IMG/VR virus record: IMGVR_UViG_3300030433_001223
Coordinates: 1 to 36,020 of that record
Direction: 5' to 3' (one strand)
DNA: 36,020 bases
From: a virus
Taxonomy: Duplodnaviria; Caudoviricetes
The notes beneath the pieces were generated by a model, which did no database searches, was not told the origin of the DNA, and worked only from the letters and a program-made list of their open reading frames with translations. Numbering within the stretch: position 1 is the stretch's first letter; every line of letters starts with the position of its first letter. Both the position numbers and the translations under genes were made by a program. Positions 25,201 through 34,637 of the stretch are shown in pieces.

Positions 25201-26361
25201 CTATGACAGGTCTAAGTCAGTTAATTTTCCACTTGTGTTAAATCTGTAGACAATTAGTTCACCAGCAGTGATGAAAGCAAATTGCTTTTTCAATGCGTTG
25301 GTTACAGCTAAATTCTCGTTAGCAACATAAGTTGTTGGTGCTGCAATTCTTAGTTCCATTGCAGTCCTGTCTAACAAGTAAATCTTAGATGCTGTGTCTT
25401 TTGTAACGTGTTGTGATACGAAAATTGGTATTCCGTCATAGTAACCGACACGAGTATCGAAGTTCAAACCAGCTTCACCAGCTACTCCATTTATTGAACC
25501 TGCTGCCTGCGCTCTAACATCAAAGTTTCCTAGACTGTTTGCTTGAATTGCTATCTTTTTCTTTAGATTGTATAATGTATCATGTCCAGTTAAGAAGAAC
25601 AAATCTTGATAGTTAGCTCCGTTTTCTAAACAAGACCTGATTAATGTATCTAAATCATCTAAATCTAATGCACGAACACTTCCTGCCGCACTTGGGTTTT
25701 GAATACAAGCTGCTGGCTGCATCCACTCTGTGAATCCTGCTGCGTCTCTGTCTACCAAATACATGTCTTCTAAATGATTTTGAATGTCACTGTCTGCTGC
25801 AACTGCTGCGGATGAAGTGGTCATTTTATCAATAGATTCAAAGTTATTGTTAGCATCATCTTGTGCAACTGTGTCTGCATCTGAATTGTTAACAGAGGCT
25901 AGTAATTGTTTGTCTAGGAAAAAAGCGTGTGCTTCTCCGTTTTCTTTTCTTAAGAAAGCTGCTAGACCTTTGATTCCGTCATCTGCGTCAGCTAGTAACT
26001 CTGCTCTGGTTGTTGTGTCCCAGCGAGTTGTAACTTCTTTGATGGTTGCACTCATTTCTTTGAGTTCTGGGTGGTCAGTAGTACCTAGTGCTGCTCCTTC
26101 TGCTTTACCAACAGTGTTTGCGTGTCTTTGGGTCAATACTCTCCAACCAGATTGTGTCCAACCTGCTTTGTTTAGAAGCTTGAATACTTCTGACTTGGTA
26201 TTTAATTGATTAAATACTGATGCTCCGAACATGACATTGAAATACTGGTCGTTTGCAGTAGTCATGTCATCGGATTTTTCTATTCCATATCTTTTTGAGA
26301 TGCCTAGTGTCCCGCCGTAATAAGCGTTAACATAGTCCTCGAAACTTGTTTCTGTGCTCAT
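25201..26361 (-). CDS. Major capsid protein (HK97 fold, archaeal tailed-virus type)
   Basis: 386 aa after protease and scaffold; FGASVFNQLN...WTQSGWRV, DKQLL, YDGIPIF, GKLTDL motifs. Confidence 0.88.
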   Translation of the reverse strand: MSTETSFEDYVNAYYGGTLGISKRYGIEKSDDMTTANDQYFNVMFGASVFNQLNTKSEVFKLLNKAGWTQSGWRVLTQRHANTVGKAEGAALGTTDHPELKEMSATIKEVTTRWDTTTRAELLADADDGIKGLAAFLRKENGEAHAFFLDKQLLASVNNSDADTVAQDDANNNFESIDKMTTSSAAVAADSDIQNHLEDMYLVDRDAAGFTEWMQPAACIQNPSAAGSVRALDLDDLDTLIRSCLENGANYQDLFFLTGHDTLYNLKKKIAIQANSLGNFDVRAQAAGSINGVAGEAGLNFDTRVGYYDGIPIFVSQHVTKDTASKIYLLDRTAMELRIAAPTTYVANENLAVTNALKKQFAFITAGELIVYRFNTSGKLTDLDLS

Positions 26362-26906
26362 ATTTTTGTTTCCTCTCCTTTCATGTATGCAACTTCATCC
26401 AATGATTTGGAGAAGTTAAACCAATCGGTTTTTTCTTCAACTGCGGGAGTGTCAATTTTCTTTGGTGCTGGAGTTTTCCTGCTACCTGAATATACGTTAA
26501 TTCCGTATTTCTTTAAAGTTGTAAGTGATTTGTGAAGTTCATCAATGGTGTCCTTTTTCTTGTGGTCCATCTTTTCTTCTTCATCCTCTTCTTCCTCTTC
26601 TTCTTCATGTTCAGCCTTTTCTTCATCTTCCATCTTTTCTTCGTGGTCCATTTTTTCCTCGTCTTCCTCTTTCTCCTCTTCGTGTTCGGCTTTCTCTTCG
26701 TGGTCCATCTTTTCGTCTTTCATTTCTTCAAGGTAGGCCATGATTTCTTTGAGTTTTCCAAGGGTGGCTTCCATGTCTTTGTATAATTCATCTGCTTTAT
26801 CTATATCAGATTCCATAACTGGCTCGTCTAAGGCTTCACTTTTCTCAGCCTCTACCATTTCTTCGGTAGGTGCTTCGTGTGTACCTCCACAACTGCATGC
26901 GCTCAT
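26358..26906 (-). CDS. Putative scaffold protein, very acidic
   Basis: EEKMDH/EEKAEH repeats, coiled-coil segment, ATGA overlap with the MCP gene. Confidence 0.75.
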   Translation of the reverse strand: MSACSCGGTHEAPTEEMVEAEKSEALDEPVMESDIDKADELYKDMEATLGKLKEIMAYLEEMKDEKMDHEEKAEHEEEKEEDEEKMDHEEKMEDEEKAEHEEEEEEEDEEEKMDHKKKDTIDELHKSLTTLKKYGINVYSGSRKTPAPKKIDTPAVEEKTDWFNFSKSLDEVAYMKGEETKI

Positions 26907-26970
26907 GTGTGCGTTATTTGGCTCAGCCTATATAAATAACAAAAAATACTCGGGTTTGTGTGCGTTATTT
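26902..26970 (-). promoter_or_regulatory. Putative late promoter of the scaffold-MCP operon
   Basis: Minus strand: AACCCGAGTA (26947-26956), TTTATATA (26929-26936), flanked by two GTGTGCGTTATTT boxes (26907, 26958). Confidence 0.65.
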
Positions 26971-26974
26971 AGTT

Positions 26975-29221
26975 TTATGGCTTAAAATTAGCTCTGCCTA
27001 CTGCGTCTCTAAGTTTGAATCCGCTAGTCATTCCGCCACCACCATCTGGTTTTTTGTATGGTTTACTAAATTTTCCGGGATTTCTATATAACTCCGCACA
27101 CCATGCAGACTCATCTCTTATAACATTACGAGGTCCAGTAAATTTATCGCCTGTAAAACCACTTAACTTTCTTGCTGCAAGTTTACAATTAGCCATCCAA
27201 GTTCCCGGAGGTTGTCTTGCACCCCTACCTTTAGGTGGTCTTTTCTTTGGTTGTTTTTGTATAATGTCTAAAATATCATCTATATGTTCATTGCTTTTTG
27301 CAAGTATGTCTGACACGTTTTTTGCACTCCACATCTTACAAGACCAGTATCTTGCCTTGTGTTTAGGTCCGGGACTATCGCAATTATGTCTTGCCCTAAA
27401 GTTTCTACGTCTTTCTGGGTCATCACGTTTTATGTCTAAGTTAGGGTCGCCAAACTTAACTTGCACTACATTGCCTTTATCGTTTTTGACATAAACTCCA
27501 AACTTTTTGTTTTCTCCAGACAGTCTGCGTGGTTTGTTAAGTTCTACTTTGCGACCTTGATACTCAGCTTTTATAATTCTTTCATCCTTGTGGCTTTCTA
27601 ATACTGTAAATGGAAACGCCTCTACTGCACCATCATGTGGTTCGTAGTCTCCTTCCATCAATACTGGACCTTCTCTTGTCTGCATCCAGTGATAACCTTT
27701 AGGCGGATTTACTTTTACAGTATCTTCTTTAGATTTCTTTGTAGATTTAGGATGTTCTTTTGGTAACAAATCATAATCTGTAGTATATTTTGGATTAGAT
27801 GGCCTACCAGAACTTAGTAATTTTAAAAATGCTTTGACTCTACCTAACGCCCATTGGTCACGACTTCTTACACTTGGCCTGTGACTTGTTGAAAATGCGC
27901 CTGCACCCCTACGGAATACAGCTTTCAATGCTCCGAGATTTGCTCTCTTGCCTTTTGCATCACCAACTTTTTCGTTATGTTCTTTAATATAATTCTTAAG
28001 TGTTTTTATGTTTGCTTCACTAAGTTTGATTCCGCCACGTTGTCCGCCTGCTGAACCTCTTGGGTTTCTAGTACTGCCTCTACGCCTCTCGCTAGGCTTT
28101 GCAGGTGTTTGTGGATGTCTACTCTTACTTACAGGTACACAATTTGGCACACGTTTGCCTCCTTCGTTCTTAAATCCGACCATCTCATAACCTGTCCAAC
28201 ATGGTGCAGCTTTTACTTTATCTTGTAAACTCTTACTCCAGCTATGTCCTGCATCGCCGCCCATCATCTTCCACATAATCAAACCCTTACTAGGTCTTTT
28301 CTTATTGTCAAAGTTTTTACCTTTAGGGTCTACCTTTTCATGTCTTCTATAATACTTGTGAATCTTCATTGCCATGCCATATGATACATATTTTTTATTT
28401 ATCAAGTGTGCGTTTATTGCTTTTGTAACTTTACCGCCACCATATCCAAACTTCTTACGTAGCTCTCGGCCTGCCAGCGCTTCTTCTCTTACGCCATTTG
28501 GTATCTTGTACTTTTCTACTTTTGTCACAAGGTCATTGAGTAAATCAGATTTACTGAATCTTCTCGCTTGTATGGCCCTTTCCTGCCTTATAGCTCCAGC
28601 TTTGGTATCGTGACAACCCAGAAGCCTTCGGTCCTTTTTAGCATACAAACAGTATTTGCCTTTTTTACGCTCTATGATTTTTTCAACCATGCCTTCTATC
28701 TCATCTAAAGTGACTTGTACACTTTTAGATTTGACCATAGCAACATCCGTGACTTTTGCCTCTGGGTTAGCAGGATTATCGCCAACCCAAGATATGCTCC
28801 AAAGAGAAAGTTCGTTTATACGATTGTGGCAGTCGTTTTCTGATTGACAAACCTTCTCTTGTTTTGTGGCTTCTCCACGTATGCTGCTTGCTCCTGTGTG
28901 TCCGTATTGTTTAATCTCATCCCACACTTTATCGTGCATTCCGATTTTACTGTGTATTCCAACTCTAATCTTGACTTTACCGTCTTTTATTTTGTAAGCC
29001 AAAGGTAAACCGATTGGCATCTCTTCGTGACGATAAGAATATACGCCGTAGCGCATGTAAAAATCCATAGCTTCTTTGATAGTATCAGTGGGTATCATAT
29101 CGTTCTGTTTATCAACGATAGGAGCGGAGATGTATGTCTCCATTACTCTGTCATTATACCACTCTGGTCGGTAGACTTTCCAACCAGTGTTACTTTCGTC
29201 TGCCACAAATAACGCACACAT
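26975..29221 (-). CDS. HK97-type prohead protease fused to multiple basic modules
   Basis: N-terminal VDKQND, YRHEE, SSIRG, ISWVGDNPANPEA; about 580 aa of C-terminal K/R-rich modules. True start may be GTG 29206. Confidence 0.85.
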   Translation of the reverse strand: MCALFVADESNTGWKVYRPEWYNDRVMETYISAPIVDKQNDMIPTDTIKEAMDFYMRYGVYSYRHEEMPIGLPLAYKIKDGKVKIRVGIHSKIGMHDKVWDEIKQYGHTGASSIRGEATKQEKVCQSENDCHNRINELSLWSISWVGDNPANPEAKVTDVAMVKSKSVQVTLDEIEGMVEKIIERKKGKYCLYAKKDRRLLGCHDTKAGAIRQERAIQARRFSKSDLLNDLVTKVEKYKIPNGVREEALAGRELRKKFGYGGGKVTKAINAHLINKKYVSYGMAMKIHKYYRRHEKVDPKGKNFDNKKRPSKGLIMWKMMGGDAGHSWSKSLQDKVKAAPCWTGYEMVGFKNEGGKRVPNCVPVSKSRHPQTPAKPSERRRGSTRNPRGSAGGQRGGIKLSEANIKTLKNYIKEHNEKVGDAKGKRANLGALKAVFRRGAGAFSTSHRPSVRSRDQWALGRVKAFLKLLSSGRPSNPKYTTDYDLLPKEHPKSTKKSKEDTVKVNPPKGYHWMQTREGPVLMEGDYEPHDGAVEAFPFTVLESHKDERIIKAEYQGRKVELNKPRRLSGENKKFGVYVKNDKGNVVQVKFGDPNLDIKRDDPERRRNFRARHNCDSPGPKHKARYWSCKMWSAKNVSDILAKSNEHIDDILDIIQKQPKKRPPKGRGARQPPGTWMANCKLAARKLSGFTGDKFTGPRNVIRDESAWCAELYRNPGKFSKPYKKPDGGGGMTSGFKLRDAVGRANFKP

Positions 29222-29287
29222 GAGGCAATATAAAAAGAAAAATATTTACTCGGGTTGCAAAATAATGCACACATTGTGTGCGCAATC
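29206..29287 (-). promoter_or_regulatory. Putative late promoter of the protease gene
   Basis: Minus strand: AACCCGAGTA (29247-29256), TTTATATT (29227-29234); three GTGTGC boxes (29214, 29266, 29276). Confidence 0.65.
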
Positions 29288-29290
29288 TGG

Positions 29291-29833
29291 TTATCGCCTT
29301 GTTACTTTTATGTTCTTTTGTGCAGCCATAGATATTTTTCTAGCTAATATCTTTGCAAATCTTTCAGGCAAAATACCTTTCTTTTTTACAAACGCTCTAC
29401 CTAAAAATCTACGAGGTTGTGTACCAAACCTCATTATGCTTTGCTGTACTGCATCTTCATCTTTACCTTTGCTTTTTGACCAAGGTGCAAGTTTTCCGTC
29501 TGGAGGCCGATATGCAGGTCTGCCTGCTGCTGGTCCAGTACCAAACTCCATGTGTGCAGAATATGGTAAATCACTGCCTACAGTAAATTTGTAATCGCCG
29601 TCTGCAACAACGCCTCTCAAGCTTGCCGCTAAAATACCTCTATCATATGCACCGCCATCTTTACCATGTGTGCTTTTTCTATAACCTTGTCTAAGATTAT
29701 CTATAGCCTGCGCCTCTATGGCATCAGCAGTATCTCTTAATGATAAATGTAATGTTTTTAAACAATTAGGTCTAATCTTTTGAAAAAACTCTCTTACTCT
29801 TGGCGTATCTTGTATAACTACTCTGCCTGTCAT
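29291..29833 (-). CDS. HK97 gp10-like neck/tail-completion protein
   Basis: DRGILAAS...VGSDLPYSAHMEFGT...GTQPRRFLGRAF. Confidence 0.85.
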   Translation of the reverse strand: MTGRVVIQDTPRVREFFQKIRPNCLKTLHLSLRDTADAIEAQAIDNLRQGYRKSTHGKDGGAYDRGILAASLRGVVADGDYKFTVGSDLPYSAHMEFGTGPAAGRPAYRPPDGKLAPWSKSKGKDEDAVQQSIMRFGTQPRRFLGRAFVKKKGILPERFAKILARKISMAAQKNIKVTRR

Positions 29834-30108
29834 TTGTATAACTTGACGTTTTCTATATGCTCGTCACCGTACTTTTCTTTCCACTTTTTGTCAATATACT
29901 TCTGTGCCTTTTGATAATAATCTATACGTTTTTTTCTTTGTGCTGCAAGTATGGTCTGCCTGTCTGCATTCTTCCAAGCTCTTTCTGTTTCACACTCTTC
30001 ACATAATCCGTTAGCCGCTATATGGACTGTCATTGCTCCTCTTAAACATTTTTTACACTGTTTGCTCATCTTTCTCCTTTCCGTTTCCGTGATGACCATA
30101 CTTTGCAT
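29830..30108 (-). CDS. Zinc-finger protein
   Basis: CKKC...CEEC; start uncertain (may be MSKQC at 30069). Confidence 0.7.
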   Translation of the reverse strand: MQSMVITETERRKMSKQCKKCLRGAMTVHIAANGLCEECETERAWKNADRQTILAAQRKKRIDYYQKAQKYIDKKWKEKYGDEHIENVKLYK

Positions 30109-30144
30109 TACTTATATGTATTTTAATATGGTCAGGCATTCTAC

Positions 30145-30867
30145 TCATACTATCCTCACTAGTTGTGTTCTCTGATTAGGATGTAACAAAGAATGACCTC
30201 TTAAATTCATTCTATATTTAGCTCCTACTTCTTGTTGTAACATAATTAAATCTCCTAAAAACATACCGCTTTTAGGCATACGTCTTGCTAACTCTCTATG
30301 TGCAGGACATACACGCCTGTCTTTACCTACTAGCAATCTATATTTAAATTGTTGACCAGCAATCTTTTCTGCAACTTTATAACCTCTTAATCTACCTTCA
30401 TTTGCTATTTGATTAATCTCTGTTCTTGCTATTCTTGTAAGCTTGTATGTTTCACCAATGCCTACTTGACGCATGCTCTGCACTATCTGCGGTATTGTAC
30501 TGTTTTGTGCAATGCCTGCCGTTATAGCTGCATTTAATTTTTGCACAAGTAAATTTTGAAATTGATTGTATGCATTGTACAAAGCACCTTCTGTTTTTAA
30601 CAATGCCAATACGTCTAAATCTTCTTGACTCATGTCAGGAGCTTTAGCTGCTGTTTTTTTAAGTCCTTTTATTTCTCCATATGCTGACTGATAACCATTT
30701 CTAAATGCAGAATCCATATCATCCATAATTGCATCACGCATTCGTTTAGCTAACATAATTGCAATTTCATCTATTTGTGTGCGCAAATCTGCGTAAGTAC
30801 GTACTTTTTCTAGTTGCTTAAGTTCTTGTATAAGGACTCCTCGTAATTCTCGAGCTGCCGATTCCAT
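30145..30867 (-). CDS. MuF/SPP1 gp7-like head morphogenesis protein
   Basis: RIARTE, DRRVCPAH, HPNQR motifs (variant of HPNCRC). Confidence 0.85.
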   Translation of the reverse strand: MESAARELRGVLIQELKQLEKVRTYADLRTQIDEIAIMLAKRMRDAIMDDMDSAFRNGYQSAYGEIKGLKKTAAKAPDMSQEDLDVLALLKTEGALYNAYNQFQNLLVQKLNAAITAGIAQNSTIPQIVQSMRQVGIGETYKLTRIARTEINQIANEGRLRGYKVAEKIAGQQFKYRLLVGKDRRVCPAHRELARRMPKSGMFLGDLIMLQQEVGAKYRMNLRGHSLLHPNQRTQLVRIV

Positions 30868-32282
30868 GTATCCAGATGTTCTTTTAGCTCCTCGGCCTCC
30901 TGCGACTCCTGTGTACTGTTTCGAAAATCCTGACGCACCACCTCTGGAGCTTGTGGTAATACTAAATTACCGTCTGCGTCTAAATCCATCTCTACGCCTA
31001 CATTCTGCATCTGTGTAAGTATCTGTGCTTTTAAGTTCATATTGTTCAAATACTTAGTTTCATCACGCTCGTTAATGTCGTTAAATCTAATTTTCCAAGT
31101 GTCAATTTCCATAAGCTTTAACAACGGTTTTATGAATCCCATTTCTAAACATTGCTGTGTTTCTCTTATGGTTCTGTCAAAAATTGTAATTTGCTCGCCC
31201 TCTGAGTTAAGTCCGCCTACACCTTGCATCTGTCCTACGACTAGCGGCATGACTCCATACGATGCGTTTATGTCGTTGTTAATGCGGTCCATGTAAGGCA
31301 GCATCATCAACTCATCCATGTTAGGCATAACAGGCACAAACTTCGCTGTAGTGCTTGCATCTCTGCTACTTAGTATAGGAATAAAATTAGGATTACGTCT
31401 TGTTTCTTCTGCAATATATTCTCCTAACCTGTTAAGTGACTCCTCATCATGGCCGGGAACGTCTAAGAATCCTTTAGGTGGTCTTTCTAATCTATAGATT
31501 TTGTTTTGAAATGACTCTATGGCCAATGCTGTTTCGATTTTTTTAGAAAGACCTATAATTGGCGACTGCCCATACAACCGAGCATTCGCACTGTATTTGT
31601 TAAAGTGAATCATCTCATCACGTGCAAAAGGTATCTTACCATCCTCATAATCATAATAATAAGCCATGTACTCCAACTCCACTCCTGTCTTTGGATTTAC
31701 ATCTCCTTCCATAAACTCTCTAGTAACTGGGTCAAACTTTTCTTCTTCTACAAAACGACCATATTCATCAACGTTAAATCGCATGTGCTTTGCATCTTCT
31801 ACCCAAAGTTCTTTGACTATTTTATTTGTAACTTTACCTGAACCGTCTGCAACTCTGTCATACACAATACTTACCCAGCAGTCATCAAAGACTTCTAGCT
31901 GTCTAATCATTGCCTTAAAGAACTCTGAACCCGTCATGTCACTGCTACCGTTAGTAGGATTGCGTAACAACCTCTCAACCATCTTGCGTTGCTCTGGGTC
32001 ACCTTTGCCAATGGCTTGGTATTCCCACCCTTTGGCGACCGACTGCGAAGCTATCCGAGTGATTACAGTACGAAGATGAGAATACCTGTCAGCTAATTGT
32101 TCTAAATAAAATTGGTCAACTGGCGGTAAGATAGATTGTCTGTATGCTGTGTCTGTACTTACGCCTGAATATACTGGAGTTCTAGCATCCTTAGATATGT
32201 CTGCGGTTGCATCCTCTAAGAACGCATCTATGCCAGTGGTCTTTCTAACTGGCTTGCTCCTGAATCGGTCAAATATTCCCAT
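30810..32282 (-). CDS. Portal protein
   Basis: 490 aa after TerL; DEMIHF...YGQSPI, PKGFL, YGVMPLVVG motifs of HK97-like portals. Confidence 0.9.
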   Translation of the reverse strand: MGIFDRFRSKPVRKTTGIDAFLEDATADISKDARTPVYSGVSTDTAYRQSILPPVDQFYLEQLADRYSHLRTVITRIASQSVAKGWEYQAIGKGDPEQRKMVERLLRNPTNGSSDMTGSEFFKAMIRQLEVFDDCWVSIVYDRVADGSGKVTNKIVKELWVEDAKHMRFNVDEYGRFVEEEKFDPVTREFMEGDVNPKTGVELEYMAYYYDYEDGKIPFARDEMIHFNKYSANARLYGQSPIIGLSKKIETALAIESFQNKIYRLERPPKGFLDVPGHDEESLNRLGEYIAEETRRNPNFIPILSSRDASTTAKFVPVMPNMDELMMLPYMDRINNDINASYGVMPLVVGQMQGVGGLNSEGEQITIFDRTIRETQQCLEMGFIKPLLKLMEIDTWKIRFNDINERDETKYLNNMNLKAQILTQMQNVGVEMDLDADGNLVLPQAPEVVRQDFRNSTQESQEAEELKEHLDTWNRQLENYEESLYKNLSN

Positions 32283-32461
32283 TATAGTCTCCTCGACTCA
32301 AGGACATGACGATGCCTGTGTATATAATCTTCGATAACAGGTTCTAACATTTTAGATACTGGCGTTTCTTTTACCTTTGCTAACGTCTTCAAATTTCGTT
32401 TTGTCTCAACAGATATTCCCCACAATTCCATTCGTGTTCCGTTGCTGGGTGAACTTGTCAT
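32282..32461 (-). CDS. 59-aa ribbon-helix-helix protein (not in ORF track)
   Basis: MTSSPSNGTRMELWGISVETKRNLKTLAKVKETPVSKMLEPVIEDYIHRHRHVLESRRL; TAATG overlap with the portal start. Confidence 0.75.
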   Translation of the reverse strand: MTSSPSNGTRMELWGISVETKRNLKTLAKVKETPVSKMLEPVIEDYIHRHRHVLESRRL

Positions 32462-32506
32462 CTGGAATCCCAGTGTAATTCATTAGTATATATGTCTTTC
32501 TATAGA

Positions 32507-32518
32507 GGATATATGTCC
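32507..32518. promoter_or_regulatory. Palindromic operator copy GGATATATGTCC
   Basis: Between TerL stop and the RHH/portal operon, next to TATATA at 32487-32492. Confidence 0.6.
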
Positions 32519-32522
32519 TACT

Positions 32523-34010
32523 CTAAATGTAGTCCCATCGTGTAAAAACTAATCTCTTTTTTTCCAAATAATGCACACATAACTCACACATCCATAGCGC
32601 CATAACGGCATCGGGCGTATGTCCTTCTAGCCTTCCATTCTTACCATAAATCAATCTACTCAAACCATCTACTAACTTTCTCATTCCCGGTTTTGAACTC
32701 TCTCTTGCTTCTTTATTCCAAGGTATGAAATACTTGCCCTGCTCCATCGCTAACGCAATCCTAGGAACTCCAACATCATGCTTGTGTTTTTCTTTACCTG
32801 TGTTGTGACCCTCGACAGGCATACCATCTAACTGCTTCGCAGTGTGAACTACAAGCCTCTGATAACCATTAGACTCGACCATAATCTTGTCAGGCTTGAA
32901 TTTGTCAGCCAAACTCTTCATAGTAACAACCTGTGCCTCTAACCATCCTGCACCCTTAGCCCTAATCTTACCACTCCAGCAATACAATACCTTGCGCTCT
33001 TGCGTTACACGATTGTAAGCCATTATCACATAAGCCGACTCGTCATTCTGACTGTCCATACCTACAGCCAAGTCAACACCCATAGTTACAAACCAATCCT
33101 GACCACGCTCTGCCAATCCCATCTCCATGCCTTCTTTCAAACATGGCTTCAATACTTCGTAAGGTATAACTGCACTCTCTGGGTCCAACGGATTCAGCAT
33201 ATACTCAGACTCAAATGCCCGACTTCCCATCGTCTCTCGCTCCTTGTCAAGCCTTTCCTGATTCCAATACTCAGGCCAACGTGGTGTTCCGTCTTCTAAC
33301 AAAGCTGGATGACGTACCGAGTGCCATTGACTATTTTGCTCTGCCCAATCTGTAACATCTCCTACTCTCTTCTGCGTTCCTACCAATAACATCTTTGCCT
33401 TTGGCAACCTCATCGGCATAACCACACGCTTAATGTAGTGAATTACTTTTTCATCTGTCATGTTAGGAAACTCTTGTAAAATATCGTCAAGAATAATCAT
33501 GTGAACGTGCGGACCCTCGAGTGCTTTACCAATACTTGCAGCGTGAACCCTACTTCCATTATTGAAATACTTAGCACCCTTACGCCAAGTTACTTTGTCA
33601 TCCTCATGTTGCGATTTCATAAAAGAATTAAGCCTCCATGAACGTCTACATATTTCCTCAAACTGCTCTAACTTATCCCATGCCTGCTCCAAGGTTGCTG
33701 AAAGATATAGCGCACGGTAATTTGGCTGCATTGCCATCTGATACGCAAGTGCCGATAACCCCCAAGACGTCTTTAAGTGACCTCTTGCACAAATTATCGA
33801 AGTATGTGTGCCTGCTTCAAAAGCATCGGCCCACTCTGCATGCATCTGACCTAAAGGAACATATTCTCCCGGTTCTAATTCCATGTAATGACGCAATACA
33901 TCGTCTATAAACTCCTCTAAAGTAAGCGGAGTACTCTTTAACGTATTCAATGCGCCACTAATCGCTAAGTTCAGCAGCTTGTCGTCTATTCCTTTCTTCG
34001 ATTTCGTCAT
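32523..34010 (-). CDS. terL: Terminase large subunit
   Basis: Walker A variant ARGHLKT, Walker B IILDD, VGT coupling motif, nuclease GVDLA...ESN...DAVMA. Confidence 0.93.
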   Translation of the reverse strand: MTKSKKGIDDKLLNLAISGALNTLKSTPLTLEEFIDDVLRHYMELEPGEYVPLGQMHAEWADAFEAGTHTSIICARGHLKTSWGLSALAYQMAMQPNYRALYLSATLEQAWDKLEQFEEICRRSWRLNSFMKSQHEDDKVTWRKGAKYFNNGSRVHAASIGKALEGPHVHMIILDDILQEFPNMTDEKVIHYIKRVVMPMRLPKAKMLLVGTQKRVGDVTDWAEQNSQWHSVRHPALLEDGTPRWPEYWNQERLDKERETMGSRAFESEYMLNPLDPESAVIPYEVLKPCLKEGMEMGLAERGQDWFVTMGVDLAVGMDSQNDESAYVIMAYNRVTQERKVLYCWSGKIRAKGAGWLEAQVVTMKSLADKFKPDKIMVESNGYQRLVVHTAKQLDGMPVEGHNTGKEKHKHDVGVPRIALAMEQGKYFIPWNKEARESSKPGMRKLVDGLSRLIYGKNGRLEGHTPDAVMALWMCELCVHYLEKKRLVFTRWDYI

Positions 34011-34149
34011 TGTTAAGGCTAAATTCTACTCTTTTTGGCTCAGAATCATAGAAATCTATGAATTGAACTAAAGTTTGCATGTCAAGCGTCTCTTTTATAA
34101 TTTCGCCATCCTTAATTATGCGTATCATTCGCTTAATTCCCTCAACCAA
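33958..34149 (-). CDS. Hypothetical protein
   Basis: ORF track; likely start MIRII at 34128 via ATGA overlap. Confidence 0.55.
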   Translation of the reverse strand: MVEGIKRMIRIIKDGEIIKETLDMQTLVQFIDFYDSEPKRVEFSLNNDEIEERNRRQAAELSD

Positions 34150-34637
34150 CGCTCTCCATCAAACGAATATATGTCAAAATGCTTCTTGTACTCAAATCTA
34201 GGTATCATATAGCACTTTGCAACCTTCTCATCACTGTCATAATGCCTCTCACCCACTGTTTTACTAGGAAATTTCTCCTGTAACAACAAATCTTGTAACT
34301 TTTCTGTCTCAATTAACCAAATCTGCTTGTCAGATACGTTTACTAGATAGTAAACAAAGTATTTTGCCTTCGTAACTGCTATTCCACTAGGCTTTCCACG
34401 GCATTTGTACTCTATTGCCATGTTTCCTGACCCTCCTTTGCCCCAATCTACCTCCCAGAGGTCTGTTTTTACCTCGTAAGTAATCAAATCTATGTTATCA
34501 TCCTCAAAAAGTAGGTCATATGCGCTAGTATCGTTGTCTTTGATATACCTTTGACCCAAAGTAGACTCTACAAAGAAGCGAATAACCTGCTCACCCTTCT
34601 TTCCATCCTTCAAATCCTCGTCAAAGTTGTAATTCAT
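34125..34637 (-). CDS. PD-(D/E)XK-family nuclease-like protein
   Basis: GKKGE, YDL...YEVKTD, GNMAIE...GKPSGI..TKA. Confidence 0.75.
   Translation of the reverse strand: MNYNFDEDLKDGKKGEQVIRFFVESTLGQRYIKDNDTSAYDLLFEDDNIDLITYEVKTDLWEVDWGKGGSGNMAIEYKCRGKPSGIAVTKAKYFVYYLVNVSDKQIWLIETEKLQDLLLQEKFPSKTVGERHYDSDEKVAKCYMIPRFEYKKHFDIYSFDGERWLRELSE

Noticed and set aside
26560-26725. Pyrimidine-rich tandem repeats as a DNA element
   Set aside because: They encode the EEKMDH/EEKAEH repeats of the scaffold protein.
26902-29224. Invertible segment bounded by the 19-bp inverted repeat
   Set aside because: No catalytic invertase is present, inversion would disrupt an essential head operon, and the repeat is an extended copy of the genome-wide GTGTGC box.
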